A model generated the notes under the pieces. The model made no database searches, had not been told where the DNA came from, and was given only the letters and a program-made list of their open reading frames with translations. Shown here piece by piece: positions 63,153 through 64,000 of a stretch of DNA of 64,000 bases; positions within the stretch are counted from its first letter, which is position 1, and each line of letters starts with the position of its first letter. The stretch covers positions 1,792,001-1,856,000 of the forward strand of contig OY776215.1 of the NCBI GenBank assembly GCA_963675495.1, in the 5' to 3' direction. The DNA comes from an uncultured Methanolobus sp. (lineage in GTDB: Archaea; Halobacteriota; Methanosarcinia; Methanosarcinales; Methanosarcinaceae). Both the position numbers and the translations under genes were made by a program.

Positions 63153-64000
63153 AGTTCCCTCAGGTATCGATGCTCAACATCCATATCATTTTCAAGTGCT
63201 TCTGCTACCATCTCTGCAATAAGTGGCAGATTACGTGCCTGGAACGAGAGCTTGTGGACCAGTTTTTCCAGTTGAAGGACCGTACCTATGATGAGTACAT
63301 CTGTCCTTTCGGTTTCATGAGACACAGCATTACGCTCAAGGGCAGCATCTCCACCTCTGGCAAGTATTTCCTGTTTGATGATCAGAGCCTCGGTGGTGGT
63401 GATGTTGTTCACACGTATCACCTTGCTCACGGTCTTGTTCTTCATGACCTTTGCACCGGTGCCTGTTACTCCAATATTTTTCATAATGTATTCGGCATCA
63501 TCAGGGTGAACGATGTCCATAATGGAGACTTCAAAATCTTTTGATCTAACAGTTTGCTCTTTTTTTCTCATTGCACTTGCAACTTCAACAACGTCCTTTG
63601 TTTCAGTGATGTCATGTGTCCTTATGATGTGAGCACCTTTGTGAACCACGATTGCAGTAGCAGCCAGGCTTCCATATAACCTTTCACTTGCAGGCTTGTG
63701 AAGCACAGCATCGATGCATGATTTCCTCGATATAGCTGCAAGCAGTGGTCTCTGGAATACCTTAAGGCTCTCGAATTGGTCGATGGTCTCAAAATCGAAT
63801 ATCGGATCCTTTTCAGCGATCCATTTTCCTATGGCAGGGTCCAGTATGAGTTTTTCCGTGTCCACTCCTTTGGAAGCAGCCCTGTCAATTATCGTTGCAA
63901 GGCAATTCATGATGGCATCCATACCAATGGGGTCACCGGGTATTTTTTCAGATGCCATAACAACAGCCGGACAATCATATTGAGCCACGACATCGATCAT
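63149..64000 (-). CDS. folP: Dihydropteroate synthase with C-terminal extension (partial, 5' end outside the window)
   Basis: LILDPAIG, AISRKS, ERLYGSLAA, GAHIIRTHD. ATGA overlap with the MetV-like gene. Confidence 0.9.
   Translation of the reverse strand: MIDVVAQYDCPAVVMASEKIPGDPIGMDAIMNCLATIIDRAASKGVDTEKLILDPAIGKWIAEKDPIFDFETIDQFESLKVFQRPLLAAISRKSCIDAVLHKPASERLYGSLAATAIVVHKGAHIIRTHDITETKDVVEVASAMRKKEQTVRSKDFEVSIMDIVHPDDAEYIMKNIGVTGTGAKVMKNKTVSKVIRVNNITTTEALIIKQEILARGGDAALERNAVSHETERTDVLIIGTVLQLEKLVHKLSFQARNLPLIAEMVAEALENDMDVEHRYLREL

Overview
Chromosomal window from a methanogenic archaeon of the family Methanosarcinaceae. The family call rests on an archaeal rRNA operon and Methanosarcinales-type gene content; genus Methanolobus is only a guess. 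Most of 1-54 kb is housekeeping: herA/nurA, core methionine synthase, an RNA ligase, a CBS-domain cluster, RPA, kptA, rtcA, dnaG, arcS, a GlcD/GlcF-like pair, an orphan CheB-CheR-PAS fusion, an isopropylmalate/citramalate synthase, the 16S-tRNA-Ala-23S-tRNA-Cys-5S operon, a glycine betaine ABC transporter, alkaline phosphatase, cofE and metF. An accessory island at about 54.9-62.5 kb interrupts the folP-metV-metF-cofE run. The three most interesting signals are as follows. (1) The isopropylmalate/citramalate synthase gene has no in-frame start codon for its essential N-terminus, and a short upstream ORF overlaps it at CGC-TTT-TTA, suggesting a leucine-sensing +1 ribosomal frameshift. (2) A halocin-C8-like 10-cysteine archaeocin precursor is clustered with duplicated small membrane proteins and a thioredoxin-CcdA fusion. 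(3) A ~250-bp control module (four palindromic boxes at exact 19-bp spacing, a TATA box and a structured ~150-nt leader) is shared by two unrelated secreted-protein genes. All product calls come from motif recognition by eye; no database searches were run. Several 1-nt frameshifts in the window mean assembly indels cannot be excluded.
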